A stretch of DNA of 40,000 nt from Paludibacterium sp. B53371 (GCF_018802765.1 NZ_CP069163.1:1892311-1932310), one strand, 5' to 3'; shown: positions 18,234 through 28,177, numbered from the stretch's first letter. The notes: generated from the sequence alone by a model not told the origin. Numbers and translations: made by a program.

Positions 18234-19958
18234 CTATTTCAGCGGCGAGTCTTTGCGCTCGCGGCCATAGCGTTCGATTTCCTTGTACGGCACCGTGGTG
18301 GACTTGTTCTTCTTCACGTCCACCAGCGTCACGCGGTCGGTACACGAGTAGCACGGATCGATACTGGCGACGATCAGCGGCGCGTCCGACACGGTATTGC
18401 CGCGCAGCATATAGCGCAAAGGCGGCCAGTTGGCATAGGTCGGCGCACGGCAACGCCAGCGGAACAGCTTCTGATTGTCGCCGGTCATGGCCCAGTGAAT
18501 GTCCTCGCCGCGCGGGGCTTCGGCAAAGCCCAGCGCAAACTGGTGCGGACGATAGTGGAACCCTTCCAGCAACACCGGACCGGCCGGCAGATTGTCCAGC
18601 GCATGCTCGATGATGGCCAGCGAATCGAAAAACTCGCGCGCACGGATCAGCACCCGGCCCAGTACGTCGCAGCTGTCTTCGGTATGCACGTCAAATGGCA
18701 GACTGGCATAACCGGCATAGGCGTGATCGGCGCGGATATCGCGCTTGAAGCCGCTGGCCCGGATCAGCGGACCGACCGGACTGAAATCGCGCGCGACCTT
18801 GCGGTCGAGAATCCCCACGCCCGAAGTGCGCTCGCGCAGATTCGGCGTCGCCAGCAACATCTCCACCAATTGCGTGACTTCGACCCGCAGCTCGGCAACC
18901 AGCTTGAGCGTACGACTGCGCTCTTCCTTCATGATGTCGCGCCGCACGCCACCGATCAGGTTCATGCCGTAGGTCTTGCGGGCCCCGGTGAGCAATTCGG
19001 CCATGGTCATGGCCTTCTCGCGCACCCGGAAGAACTGCATAAAGCCGGTGTCGAAACCGACGAAGTGGCTGGCCAGACCCAGGTTGAGCAAATGACTGTG
19101 CAGACGCTCGACCTCAAGGAACACGCTGCGGATCGCCTGGGCCCGCGGCGGCACGACCAGACCCAGCGCATTTTCCACCGCCGTGCTGTAGGCCACGCTA
19201 TGGGTAAAACCGCAGATGCCGCAGACACGGTCCGACAGGAAAGTCACCTCGTCGTAGCCCATGCGGGTTTCCGCCAGCTTTTCCATGCCGCGATGCACAT
19301 AGAACATGCGGTAATCGGCGTCGACGATATCCTCGCCGTCGACAAACAGGCGGAAATGCCCCGGCTCGTCGGAAGTAATGTGCAGCGGGCCGAGCGGCAC
19401 ATCGCGCGTGCTGCCGGTGGCGTCATTGACGAAGGTATAGGTTTCGGTGTCACTGGTCGGCGCCGGGCGCTGGTTATAAGCCATGGCGTCCTTGCGCAGC
19501 GGGTGCAGATCGTCCGGCCAGTCATCCGGCAGCACCAGACGGCGCTCGTCCGGCAGGCCGACCGGCGTCAGGCCGTACATATCGCGGATCTCGCGCTCGC
19601 CCCACACCGCCGCCGGCACGCGCGGCGTCACCGACGGAAACTCCGGCCGATGGGCCTCCACCAGCGCCCGCACCACCACCCAGCTCTTGACGATGCCTTC
19701 CATCGACAAGACGTAATACACGGCGAAATGGTCGTTGAGCGAACGCTCATCGTTGCCGAACAACACCGACAACCAGCCGCCCTGCTCGTAGTACAGCCAC
19801 TCGACCACTTCCGGCAAACTGCCCAGCTTGACGGTCACCGTCACCTGGTCCGCGGTCTGCCATTCCTCTTCCAGCACGGCAGCGGGAAAACGGGCCCGCA
19901 GGGCCTCGACATAGCTTTTGCCCACTCTGGCGTGTTCTGCTACTGACATATCTGACAT
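18234..19958 (-). CDS. hyfG: [NiFe] hydrogenase large subunit, NuoC-NuoD fusion (HycE/HyfG)
   Basis: 574 aa. N-terminal Ni-ligand motif RVCGICGFTHSVAY and C-terminal DPCYSCTDR. A 32-residue tail (VTLVDVKKNKSTTVPYKEIERYGRERKDSPLK) follows, as in the HycI-cleaved extension of E. coli HycE. Confidence 0.95.
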   Translation of the reverse strand: MSDMSVAEHARVGKSYVEALRARFPAAVLEEEWQTADQVTVTVKLGSLPEVVEWLYYEQGGWLSVLFGNDERSLNDHFAVYYVLSMEGIVKSWVVVRALVEAHRPEFPSVTPRVPAAVWGEREIRDMYGLTPVGLPDERRLVLPDDWPDDLHPLRKDAMAYNQRPAPTSDTETYTFVNDATGSTRDVPLGPLHITSDEPGHFRLFVDGEDIVDADYRMFYVHRGMEKLAETRMGYDEVTFLSDRVCGICGFTHSVAYSTAVENALGLVVPPRAQAIRSVFLEVERLHSHLLNLGLASHFVGFDTGFMQFFRVREKAMTMAELLTGARKTYGMNLIGGVRRDIMKEERSRTLKLVAELRVEVTQLVEMLLATPNLRERTSGVGILDRKVARDFSPVGPLIRASGFKRDIRADHAYAGYASLPFDVHTEDSCDVLGRVLIRAREFFDSLAIIEHALDNLPAGPVLLEGFHYRPHQFALGFAEAPRGEDIHWAMTGDNQKLFRWRCRAPTYANWPPLRYMLRGNTVSDAPLIVASIDPCYSCTDRVTLVDVKKNKSTTVPYKEIERYGRERKDSPLK

Positions 19959-19971
19959 TCTCCTCGCGGGC

Positions 19972-21522
19972 TTATTTCACGGTGGCAAGCGGCGCCACCA
20001 CGGCAGCATTCATGGCGGGGGCGGTGCCGACCACATCCTGCACCGCCGCCGTGGCGGCATGCAGCAAATCGGTCACCGGACGTGGCGCTGCCACCCCCAT
20101 CAACAACATCAGGCCAAGCAACACGGCCATCGGCAGCAGCGTCAGTGCGCCGGGCTCACCCTTCTCCACCTGCTCCGGTGCCTCGCCGAACAGGCTGCCA
20201 GCGACCATGCGCACCAGACCGGCCAGCACCACCGTCAGCAGCAGCAGACAGAGCACCATCAGCCAGCCATAGCCGACCTTGATCCCGGCAGCCACCAGCA
20301 GGAACTCACTGAAAAACACATTGAAGGGGGGAATCCCGCCCAGCGCCAGCGCCCCGGCGCCAAAGAGCATGGCGGTCAGCGGCGCCGTCTTGAGCAAGCC
20401 CTTGACCGAGCCCAGATCCGGCGTGCCGTACTTGAGCAGCACATTGCCCGAACCACAGAACAGCAAGGCCTTGGCCAGACTGTGATTGATGGTATGGAAC
20501 AGTGCGGCAAACACGCCCAGTGGCCCACCCAGCCCCAGCCCCAGGGCAATCAGCCCCATGTTCTCGACGCTAGAGTATGCCAAGAGTCTTTTCATATGAC
20601 CTTGAGATACGATAAAGAAAGCCGACACAGCCAGTGACAGGAAGCCGAACACCATCAGCAGGGTTTGCGGGAAAGCCGGACCAATCGACTGCGACACCAG
20701 CAGGTAAAAGCGGATGATCACCAGCAGGGCACAGTTGAGCAACACGGCCGACAGCAGCGCACTGACGGGACTGGGGGCTTCACTGTGCGCATCCGGCAGC
20801 CAGGCATGCATCGGGAACAGGCCGGTCTTGGTGCCGAAGCCGATCATCACGAAGACGAAGGCCAGACGCATCAGCGTCGGATCCAGGGCCTTGCCCTGCC
20901 CCATCAGCACGGTCCAGAACACCGCCCCGCCATGGTCCCCCATCACGCTGGCGGCATTGGAATACACCAGCACCACGCCATACAGACCGAAGGCCACACC
21001 AACGGTACAGATGATGATGTACTTCCAGGCAGCCTCCAGCGAGGAACGCTGGTTGTAGAAGCCGACCAGGAAAGCCGAGCCCAGCGTCGTGGCCTCGATG
21101 GCCACCCACATCATGATGATGTTGTTGGCTGTCACCGCCAGCAACATGGTGAACAGAAACAGATTGAAGATGCCGAAGTAGTTGCACAGTTGTCCGACAT
21201 CAATCTCTCCCTCGTCCAGTTCGTGGCCCATATAGCCAATCGAATAGAAACCGGTCAGGAAACCGACCAGTCCGAGCAGGCCCAGGAAGATCGCCCCCAG
21301 CGCGTCGACATGCAGCCAGTCCGCCAGACCGGCCGTCGACCCGCCATGCAGCACCGAGCCGGCCACCAGCATCGACAGCACCAGCAGCAGCGCCGTGCCC
21401 AGCAGATGCAGCGCGGTAGCCGCCGAACGGGCCATGCCACCCAGCAGGCGACTGGCAAAACACAGCAGTGCCGTGGCCAGCGGGATGGTCAACATCAGGG
21501 AAAGCCATGGGTTATGGGTCAT
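19972..21522 (-). CDS. hyfF: antiporter-like membrane subunit (NuoN/M-like)
   Basis: In-frame ATG 21522 ([15 protein letters not shown]...), 6 nt after the hyfE stop. It is polytopic, with the [18 protein letters not shown] motif typical of Mrp/Nuo antiporter-like subunits. The position matches hyfF. Confidence 0.88.
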   Translation of the reverse strand: MTHNPWLSLMLTIPLATALLCFASRLLGGMARSAATALHLLGTALLLVLSMLVAGSVLHGGSTAGLADWLHVDALGAIFLGLLGLVGFLTGFYSIGYMGHELDEGEIDVGQLCNYFGIFNLFLFTMLLAVTANNIIMMWVAIEATTLGSAFLVGFYNQRSSLEAAWKYIIICTVGVAFGLYGVVLVYSNAASVMGDHGGAVFWTVLMGQGKALDPTLMRLAFVFVMIGFGTKTGLFPMHAWLPDAHSEAPSPVSALLSAVLLNCALLVIIRFYLLVSQSIGPAFPQTLLMVFGFLSLAVSAFFIVSQGHMKRLLAYSSVENMGLIALGLGLGGPLGVFAALFHTINHSLAKALLFCGSGNVLLKYGTPDLGSVKGLLKTAPLTAMLFGAGALALGGIPPFNVFFSEFLLVAAGIKVGYGWLMVLCLLLLTVVLAGLVRMVAGSLFGEAPEQVEKGEPGALTLLPMAVLLGLMLLMGVAAPRPVTDLLHAATAAVQDVVGTAPAMNAAVVAPLATVK

Positions 21523-21527
21523 TTTGA

Positions 21528-22178
21528 TCAGCCCTTCAACGCAGTCAGTTGCTTCACATCCAGGGTATGGAGCGTGCGATGGATGCGCCGCGCCAGGATC
21601 GCCATGATCAGCACCGCAAAGACCGCGTCCGTCGCAATACCGACCTCCACCAGCTCCGGCGCCTTGCTGGCCATCAGCGCCAGCGTCAGATGCGCACCGT
21701 TTTCCATCAGGCAATAACCGAAAATCTGCTTGAGGATGTTGCGCTGAGTGACGATACACATCAGCCCCAGCAGGAAATGGCCCAGCGACACGGCCAGCGC
21801 CGGCTTGAGATCAGCGACCACGGCCAGCTTGACCGACGACACGGCAAACCACGACAACATCACGATCACCGCTGCCAGCAGCAGCATCCAGGCGGGACTC
21901 AGCCAGCCTTGCAGACTCTCGCGATCCGCCAGCCTGCCCAGGGTGCGCACCATGATCAGCGGCACCAGCACCACCTTGGTGACAAAGGCCGACAGCGACC
22001 ACAAGTAGAGCTCACCCGAGCCCTGCGTGGCGGCCAGCGCCAGGAAAATCCCGACCAGCACCAGCGACTGCAGGGCATACCAGCGCGCCGAGGACAGCAC
22101 ACTGCCGGTACAGATCACCAGCAGCGACGTCACGATCAGCAGACCGGCCAGGTTATTGACGATCAACATTCCATCCAT
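21528..22178 (-). CDS. hyfE: small membrane subunit (NuoK-related, HyfE)
   Basis: 216 aa and strongly hydrophobic. It sits between two antiporter-like genes, as hyfE does (216 aa in E. coli). GAGGAG lies upstream of the ATG. Confidence 0.88.
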   Translation of the reverse strand: MDGMLIVNNLAGLLIVTSLLVICTGSVLSSARWYALQSLVLVGIFLALAATQGSGELYLWSLSAFVTKVVLVPLIMVRTLGRLADRESLQGWLSPAWMLLLAAVIVMLSWFAVSSVKLAVVADLKPALAVSLGHFLLGLMCIVTQRNILKQIFGYCLMENGAHLTLALMASKAPELVEVGIATDAVFAVLIMAILARRIHRTLHTLDVKQLTALKG

Positions 22179-22188
22179 GATTAACTCC

Positions 22189-23628
22189 TCAACCCAGCCA
22201 GGACGATGCGATGAAGCTGGAAGCCAGACACATCACCAGCAACAGCGAGAACACCACGCGCATGGCCATGGGCAGCGGCGTGGCCGAGGCCACCGCCTCG
22301 GACGGCTCTCCCGGCACCACCTTGCCGAACCAGGCCATCAGCCAGCCGAAGCTGCACACCGACTCGATCAGTGCCAGGATCACCAGCGGCAGCAGCAGCC
22401 AGTGCGCGCCCGACAGCTGGAAACCGGCAGCCAGAATGGCAAACTTGCTGAAGAAACCGTTGAACGGCGGCACACCGGAAATCGCCAGCGCCGCCACACC
22501 GAAGCACACCCCGAGGAACGGCGACTGCTTCAGCACCCCGCGCAGATTCGGCAGCACCCGGGTGCCGCAGGTATACGACAGCGCCCCGGCCACCAGGAAG
22601 AACAGACTCTTGGCAAAAGCGTGGTTGAAGATATGAGCCACCGCACCGTTGAAGGCCAGTTGCGAACCGAAAATCGACAGCGACAGACCGAGGAAGATGT
22701 ACGACAGCTGGGCGATCGTCGAATAGGCCAGCAGTCGCTTCATGTCCTTCTGCGGCAGGTACATGGCAAAGCCGTACAGCATGGTCAGCAGCGCCATCAC
22801 GGCACCGATCCAGCCGATGATTTCCGGCACCTGACCGGCCGAGTAAATGGCACGGGCAAAGATATACACCCCCACCTTGACCATCGAGGCCGCGTGCAGA
22901 TAGGCACTGACCGGGGTCGGCGCCTCCATGGCATCCGGCAGCCAGACATGCAGCGGCAACTGCGCCGACTTGCCCCAGGCCGCCAGCATCACGCCGAGGA
23001 ACACCACGATCTTGGCCTGCGGCGTCAGACTGGCGATACCGGTCAGGGCAAAGGACCCGGTCTGGGCAAACAGCCAGCCGGCCGCGACATACAGGCCCAG
23101 CGCCGCCACATGGGTCACCAGCAGGGCCTTGAGGGCCGACTTGAGTGCCTTCGGCTTCTGGTAGTAACCGATCAGCCCCCAGGAGCAGGCACCGGTGATT
23201 TCAAAGAACACCAGCTGGCCCAGCAGGGTGGAAGACAGCACCAGCCCGGCCATGGCCCCGATGAACACCAACAGATAGGCGTAGTAGCGCGGCTTGGCGA
23301 CATGCGGGTGTTCCCGGTTGCCTTCCGACATATAGGCCGTGGAATACAGCACCACCAGAAACCCCAGCACCACCACGGCAATGGCCACCAGGGTGCTGAG
23401 ACGGTCAACCGTGATGCCGATCAGCGGCATGCCCGCCAGGGAAAAAACCCCGGTCGTCAATGCCAGCTTGCCGCCGGCGGCGAAGGCTTGTGCCAGTGCC
23501 AGCGTGCCGAGCGAGGCGAGCGCAGCAAACAGCGAGGCAATCCATTTGGCGGCCCGCGCCGGCGCCAGCAGAATCAGCGCCGCCCCGGCAAATGGCACCA
23601 GAATGGTCGCGAGAGCGATATTCTCCAT
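22189..23628 (-). CDS. hyfD: antiporter-like membrane subunit (NuoM/N-like)
   Basis: 479 aa (the same length as E. coli HyfD, from memory) with the WLPDAMEAPTPVSAYLHAASMVK motif. GAGGAG RBS. Confidence 0.88.
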   Translation of the reverse strand: MENIALATILVPFAGAALILLAPARAAKWIASLFAALASLGTLALAQAFAAGGKLALTTGVFSLAGMPLIGITVDRLSTLVAIAVVVLGFLVVLYSTAYMSEGNREHPHVAKPRYYAYLLVFIGAMAGLVLSSTLLGQLVFFEITGACSWGLIGYYQKPKALKSALKALLVTHVAALGLYVAAGWLFAQTGSFALTGIASLTPQAKIVVFLGVMLAAWGKSAQLPLHVWLPDAMEAPTPVSAYLHAASMVKVGVYIFARAIYSAGQVPEIIGWIGAVMALLTMLYGFAMYLPQKDMKRLLAYSTIAQLSYIFLGLSLSIFGSQLAFNGAVAHIFNHAFAKSLFFLVAGALSYTCGTRVLPNLRGVLKQSPFLGVCFGVAALAISGVPPFNGFFSKFAILAAGFQLSGAHWLLLPLVILALIESVCSFGWLMAWFGKVVPGEPSEAVASATPLPMAMRVVFSLLLVMCLASSFIASSWLG

Positions 23629-23637
23629 GATTGCTCC

Positions 23638-24576
23638 TCAGAGACCGGTGAGATAAAAGACGAAGGACAGCGCCGCCAGACCGAAGCCGACCCAGGTGAC
23701 ACGCGAGGTCAGCAGGAAGCGTCCGCGCGCCATGCTGTTCTCGATCAGACCGGCCAGCAGGAATACCAGCAGCAACTTCAGAGGCAGTACGATCAGGGCG
23801 ATGAGCAAGGCGCCGGCATCGGCCGACGAGGCAATGCCGAACGGCAGAAATACCCCCAGCAGAAACTGCGCCATCACCACTTTCTTCAGACCCAGCCCCA
23901 GCTTGAGCAAGGCCAGCGACGGACCGGAATACTCGGTCAGCGGCCCTTCCTGCAGCTCCTGTTCGGCCTCGGCCATGTCGAATGGCAGCTTGCCCATCTC
24001 AATAAATACGGTGAAGGCAAAGGCCAGCATGGCCAGACCGATCGCCGCCGGCGACTGCAGATAATTGCCGCCGATGCCGGCGCCAATCGCGCCCAGATTG
24101 GTCGTCCCCTCGATCAGCGCCACCACCAGCAGCGACAGGATCATGGTCGGTTCGACCAGAATGCCCAGCGTCAGCTCGCGACCGGCACCAATCCCGGCGA
24201 ATGAACTCCCGGAGTCGATCCCCGACAGCGAGAAGAAGAAGCGCACCAGGGCAAACAGATAGGCAAAAGTGATCAGATCAGCCAGCGCCCCCAGAGGCGA
24301 GTGACGAATGAACGCCGGCAGCGCCATGGCCATCAGGAACATGGCACCGACAATCACATAGGGCGTGAGCCTGAAAACCATGCCGGAGGCCGCCGGAGCA
24401 ATATCCTGGCGCTTGAACAGCTTGATGATGTCACGGTAGTCCTGCAGCACGCCCGGGCCGCGGCGCGAATGCATGCGGGCACGGATCATGCGTGACACAC
24501 CGGTCATCAGGGGCGCCAGCAACAGCAGGATCACCCCCTGCAGCACGGCCAGCAGAATCATGTTCGGGTTCGGCAT
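23638..24576 (-). CDS. hyfC: NuoH-like membrane subunit (HycD/HyfC)
   Basis: In-frame ATG 24576 with AGGAG upstream. MPNPNMILLAVLQGVILLLLAPLMTGVSRMIRARMHSRRGPGVLQDYRDIIKLFKRQ matches the HycD/NuoH opening. Length is 312 aa. Confidence 0.9.
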   Translation of the reverse strand: MPNPNMILLAVLQGVILLLLAPLMTGVSRMIRARMHSRRGPGVLQDYRDIIKLFKRQDIAPAASGMVFRLTPYVIVGAMFLMAMALPAFIRHSPLGALADLITFAYLFALVRFFFSLSGIDSGSSFAGIGAGRELTLGILVEPTMILSLLVVALIEGTTNLGAIGAGIGGNYLQSPAAIGLAMLAFAFTVFIEMGKLPFDMAEAEQELQEGPLTEYSGPSLALLKLGLGLKKVVMAQFLLGVFLPFGIASSADAGALLIALIVLPLKLLLVFLLAGLIENSMARGRFLLTSRVTWVGFGLAALSFVFYLTGL

Positions 24577-24586
24577 TGCAATGCTC

Positions 24587-26611
24587 CTATCGAACCGAGA
24601 CCAGCAGCAGCGTGACCAGGGCCACGACCACATACAGGCAATAAACACGGAAATCACCACGCTGCAGCCAGGCGATGCGTCGGGCCAGCTGCTGCACACC
24701 GGCAACAATCGGGGCGATCAGGCGGGCATCCCACTGCGGCTCCAGCCGGGTGGCGCCATCCACCGCACCGGACAGGCCGCGATCGAACCAGGCCGACAGG
24801 CTCAGCGTCTGACGCAGGCGGTACAGACTGCCGAACATGAAGCCCACCGGCTGTGACATGCCTTCCGGCGACACGGTCATGCGCTTTTCCGTGACATAGC
24901 CGCAGGCCCAGGCATCGCCGGCATGGCGACGCGCCACGCGACGTCCCTGCATGGCAGCGATCAGCAGGAAAGGCAACAGCGGCAAAGCCAGCAGCAACAG
25001 TGCCAGCAGCGGCGTCGACACCACGGCCGGGGTGTTCAGTTGCCCCGAATGCAGCACCAGACCCTGGGCAACCGGCAAGACGAAGCCCCCGGTCAGCGAG
25101 GCGGCGACCCGGGCAAACAGCGGGGCCAGCCACGGCGCGCCGACACCGGCGCCGATGCACAATACGGCCAGCACCCCCATCGCCAGCAACATGCTGTAGG
25201 GCGCTTCCTCCGCATGCTCGGCATGTTCACTCATGGCCTGCCCGGAGAAGGTCATGCCCCATGCCTTGACGAAGCACAGCGCCGCCAGGGCACCGGTCAG
25301 CGCCAGCATGACGATGGCGACCGGACCGGCCAGCCGCATCATGAAGTCGCCGTCATGGCTCATGGCGAACAGGGCCTGATAGCTGAACCACTCGCTGACA
25401 AAGCCATTGAGCGGCGGCAAGGCACAGATCGACATGGCGCCGATCAGGAACACCAGGGCAGTCAGCGGCATGCGGCGCGCCAGTCCGCCCAGCAGGGTCA
25501 TGTCGCGGGTATGAGTGCGATACAGAATGGCCCCGGCGCCAAAGAACATCAGGCCCTTGAACAGCGCGTGGTTGAACAGATGATAGAAGGCGGCCATCAG
25601 CGCCAGACCGGCCAGCGCGATGTGACCGGTCGCCAGGCCAAGCATGCCGGCACCCACCCCCATCAGGATGATGCCGACGTTTTCCACCGTCGAATAAGCC
25701 AGCAGACGCTTGATGTCCTGCTCGGCCAGGGCATACAGCACGCCCAGCACGGCGGACACGGCGCCGACGGCCAGCACCAGCAGCCCCCACCAGCTCGACT
25801 GGGCCCCCAGCAGATCAATCCCGACCTTGATGATCCCGAACACACCGATCTTGACCATCACCCCGGACATCATGGCCGAGGCATGCGACGGTGCCGCCGG
25901 GTGCGCACGCGGCAGCCAGCTGTGCAGCGGCACCATCCCGGCCTTGGCACCAAAACCAAGGAAGGCCAGCACAAACACCAGCGAGGACAGCCCCAGCGGC
26001 AGCTTCAGTCCGCGGAACGACTGGAAGTCCAGGCTGCCGCTGCGGCTGTAGAGCAGGAAGAAGGCCACCATGATCAGCACCGAACCGGCATGGGCGATCA
26101 GGAAATACAGCAACCCCGCCCCGACCGACTCTTCATCCTGATCGAAGATCACCAGGAAGTAGGACGCCAGCGACATGGCTTCAAAGAACACCAGGAACCA
26201 GAAGGCATTGTCGACCACCACCAGCGCCAGCATGGCGGCGATGAAGGTATTCATGAACAGCCCCATGGCCCAGGCGCCACGTCCCTGATATTCGCGTACA
26301 TATGACTGCGAGTAGATTGCCGCCAGCATCGCCAGCACGGAGATGACCGCCACCATCAGGGCTGCCAGCATGTCCAGACGCAGGGTGAAATGAGCAAAGG
26401 AAAACGGACCGGCCAGATCGAGCATGAACACCCGCCCGGTCAGCAGGGTCGGCAAGGCGGACGCCAGTCCGGCAAAACCGCCGAGCAGGCCGGCCAGCGC
26501 CGACAGATTGATCGCCAGCCGCTCGCAGCGTGCCGCGGCGACCGAAGCCACGCCGCCGGCCAGGAACAGCAGCACCGACAACAGCAGATAACCCAGTGGC
26601 ATCAGACTCAT
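24587..26611 (-). CDS. hyfB: NuoL-like antiporter membrane subunit (HycC/HyfB)
   Basis: 674 aa and polytopic, with WLPRAHPAAPSHASAMMSGVMVK. Its start overlaps the hyfA stop (ATGA at 26608..26611). Confidence 0.9.
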   Translation of the reverse strand: MSLMPLGYLLLSVLLFLAGGVASVAAARCERLAINLSALAGLLGGFAGLASALPTLLTGRVFMLDLAGPFSFAHFTLRLDMLAALMVAVISVLAMLAAIYSQSYVREYQGRGAWAMGLFMNTFIAAMLALVVVDNAFWFLVFFEAMSLASYFLVIFDQDEESVGAGLLYFLIAHAGSVLIMVAFFLLYSRSGSLDFQSFRGLKLPLGLSSLVFVLAFLGFGAKAGMVPLHSWLPRAHPAAPSHASAMMSGVMVKIGVFGIIKVGIDLLGAQSSWWGLLVLAVGAVSAVLGVLYALAEQDIKRLLAYSTVENVGIILMGVGAGMLGLATGHIALAGLALMAAFYHLFNHALFKGLMFFGAGAILYRTHTRDMTLLGGLARRMPLTALVFLIGAMSICALPPLNGFVSEWFSYQALFAMSHDGDFMMRLAGPVAIVMLALTGALAALCFVKAWGMTFSGQAMSEHAEHAEEAPYSMLLAMGVLAVLCIGAGVGAPWLAPLFARVAASLTGGFVLPVAQGLVLHSGQLNTPAVVSTPLLALLLLALPLLPFLLIAAMQGRRVARRHAGDAWACGYVTEKRMTVSPEGMSQPVGFMFGSLYRLRQTLSLSAWFDRGLSGAVDGATRLEPQWDARLIAPIVAGVQQLARRIAWLQRGDFRVYCLYVVVALVTLLLVSVR

Positions 26612-27231
26612 TTTGGCTCCCGGGAGAAATCGATCGAGACGGCAGCATTCAGCGCCTCACCGGCATCGGCACGCTTGCTATCGGCATCCTGTGCCAGCGT
26701 GCGGCGATCGATCAGTCGCAGCGCCTTGGTCGGACAAACTCGGACACATTCGGCCCCCGTGGCGCGGAAGTCGCACAGATCGCATTTGACCGCCACCTGC
26801 TTGACCCCCGGCTGCCAGTCCAGCATCGGATCCAGCGTGGCCGAGGTATCCGCCCCCGTGGCAGCGCCGCTGGTAACCGGCGGTGCCTGGTAGAGATGGC
26901 TGACCGCCACCACGCCGCTGACCGGGGTCCCGGAGGGGGTAATGGCGCCAAACGGACAGGCAATCGCACACAGCTTGCAGCCGATGCACAGCGTCTCGTT
27001 CAGCACTACCGCATCGCCTTCATGGGTAATGGCCTTGACCGGGCAGACGCGCGCACAGGGCGCGTCCTCGCAATGGCGGCATTGCACCGGCGCAGTCACC
27101 TGCCCGGTTCTGACCACCGTCAGACGTGGATGCGCCTGCAGGCCTTCAGCCTTGTGCACCATGGTGCAGGCCGCCATGCAGGTGTTACATCCAATACAAC
27201 GTGTTGGCTCCGCAAAAACGAAGCGGCTCAT
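26608..27231 (-). CDS. hyfA: multi-[4Fe-4S] ferredoxin subunit (HycB/HyfA)
   Basis: ATG 27231 gives MSRFVFAEPTRCIGCNTCMAACTMVHK..., parallel to E. coli HyfA (MNRFVVAEPLWCTGCNTCLAAC). Further clusters are CRHCEDAPCARVCP, CIGCKLCAIACP and CDLCDF...CVRVCP. The track's TTG start at 27237 is less likely. Confidence 0.9.
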   Translation of the reverse strand: MSRFVFAEPTRCIGCNTCMAACTMVHKAEGLQAHPRLTVVRTGQVTAPVQCRHCEDAPCARVCPVKAITHEGDAVVLNETLCIGCKLCAIACPFGAITPSGTPVSGVVAVSHLYQAPPVTSGAATGADTSATLDPMLDWQPGVKQVAVKCDLCDFRATGAECVRVCPTKALRLIDRRTLAQDADSKRADAGEALNAAVSIDFSREPK

Positions 27232-27335
27232 AACCAATCCCCCGAAAAATCGACGCCAGCCTGCAATAGGGGCCTTCCATGCCTTGTCGCTGCGATGCGG
27301 CGAAACGTGCGCACGGAAGGTCTCCGCTCATGCAT

Positions 27336-27351
27336 TGCACATGCCGTGCCA
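27336..27351 (-). promoter_or_regulatory. sigma54 (-24/-12) promoter of the hyf operon
   Basis: The minus strand reads TGGCACGGCATGTGCA, against the consensus TGGCACG-N4-TTGCA. The GG/GC spacing is correct, with one mismatch in the -12 element. It lies about 105 nt upstream of the hyfA ATG, and a cognate bEBP (hyfR) is in the locus. Confidence 0.65.
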
Positions 27352-27447
27352 GCTCTCGTCTTTGCGGCAAAACAATTTCACCGGGAAATTATTCCCTTTG
27401 TCGCCAAGGGATTGGCCTGTATCAAGCCGGGGAGGTGCGGGCTGAGA

Positions 27448-27525
27448 TGTCGACACCTGCGTCAGCACTTCGACACAAATGACGAAACCGGGGAAGAAAA
27501 ATGACACTTCGACATCAAATCAGAC
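27448..27525. promoter_or_regulatory. cluster of TCGACA-core repeats, candidate HyfR/FhlA upstream activating sequence
   Basis: Palindrome TGTCGACA at 27448..27455. The 10-nt direct repeat CACTTCGACA occurs at 27466..27475 and 27505..27514. AAATGAC occurs at 27477..27483 and 27499..27505. The cluster is centred about 100-165 bp upstream of the -24 element. Confidence 0.4.
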
Positions 27526-27597
27526 GCGACAAGCCGGGGCCAAGTCGGGATAATCATTCAGGGCCTCATGCCCACGCTCGTACACTCAGGAATCAAG

Positions 27598-28152
27598 ATG
27601 AAAAAAAACCTGCTTTTCCTGCTTTGCACACTACTACCCCTGGCGTCACAGGCAGACTCGCTCACTGCCATCCCGCGCCTCGACGTCAACCGCTATCTCG
27701 GCACCTGGTACGAAATTGCCAAGTATCCGAACTGGTTCCAGCGACATTGCGTCGCCGACACCACGGCGCAATACGATCTGAACAGCGACCATCAGCTGTC
27801 CGTACTCAATCGCTGCCGCAACAGCAAGGGGGAGATCGAACAAGCCAGCGGCATCGCGCGCCAGCTGGGAGGGCCGGATTCCGCCAGACTGGAAGTGAGT
27901 TTCGCCCCGACATGGCTGCAGATTGCGCCATTGGTATGGGGCGACTACTGGGTCATCGACCTGGATGCGAAATATCAGCTGGCCGCAGTCAGCGAGCCAA
28001 CCCGCAAATATCTCTGGATCCTGTCGCGCACACCGCAAGTCAAACCTTCTGCCTATCAGAGTTTGCTGGCGCGCCTTGAAGTGATGGGATTTGATACGTC
28101 CGGGCTGACCCTGACCCCTCAGACCGGCATGACGGCCGATCAGCCGAACTGA
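27598..28152 (+). CDS. blc: bacterial lipocalin (Blc family)
   Basis: In-frame ATG 27598 with AGGAA upstream. MKKNLLFLLCTLLPLASQA is a signal peptide. The lipocalin blocks follow: RYLGTWYEIAKYPNWFQRHC, ...YWVIDLD..., YLWILSRTP. Confidence 0.9.
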   Translation: MKKNLLFLLCTLLPLASQADSLTAIPRLDVNRYLGTWYEIAKYPNWFQRHCVADTTAQYDLNSDHQLSVLNRCRNSKGEIEQASGIARQLGGPDSARLEVSFAPTWLQIAPLVWGDYWVIDLDAKYQLAAVSEPTRKYLWILSRTPQVKPSAYQSLLARLEVMGFDTSGLTLTPQTGMTADQPN

Positions 28153-28157
28153 GTCGT

Positions 28158-28177
28158 GCCCGGGCTCAGGCCCGGGC
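28158..28177. other. GC hairpin between convergent genes (GCCCGGGC-TCAG-GCCCGGGC)
   Basis: Two copies of the self-complementary octamer GCCCGGGC separated by 4 nt. There is no T-tract. It overlaps the stop of the 28166..28585 ORF. Confidence 0.35.

Noticed and set aside
14496-26305. Very long plus-strand ORFs antisense to hyfR and the hyf genes (for example 14496..15977 at 493 aa, 18174..19946 at 590 aa, 20665..21717 at 350 aa, 22027..24204 at 725 aa, 24923..26305 at 460 aa).
   Set aside because: They lie exactly opposite genes with unmistakable family motifs. Their products are R/Q/H/G/P-rich low-complexity strings with no motifs. Stop-poor antisense frames are expected in GC-rich DNA.
27598-27660. 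Expected a lipobox in the Blc lipocalin, as in E. coli Blc.
   Set aside because: The only Cys in the signal region is in the context FLLC, which is not a canonical lipobox. An ASQA/D signal-peptidase I site fits better. This is a minor annotation nuance, not a finding.
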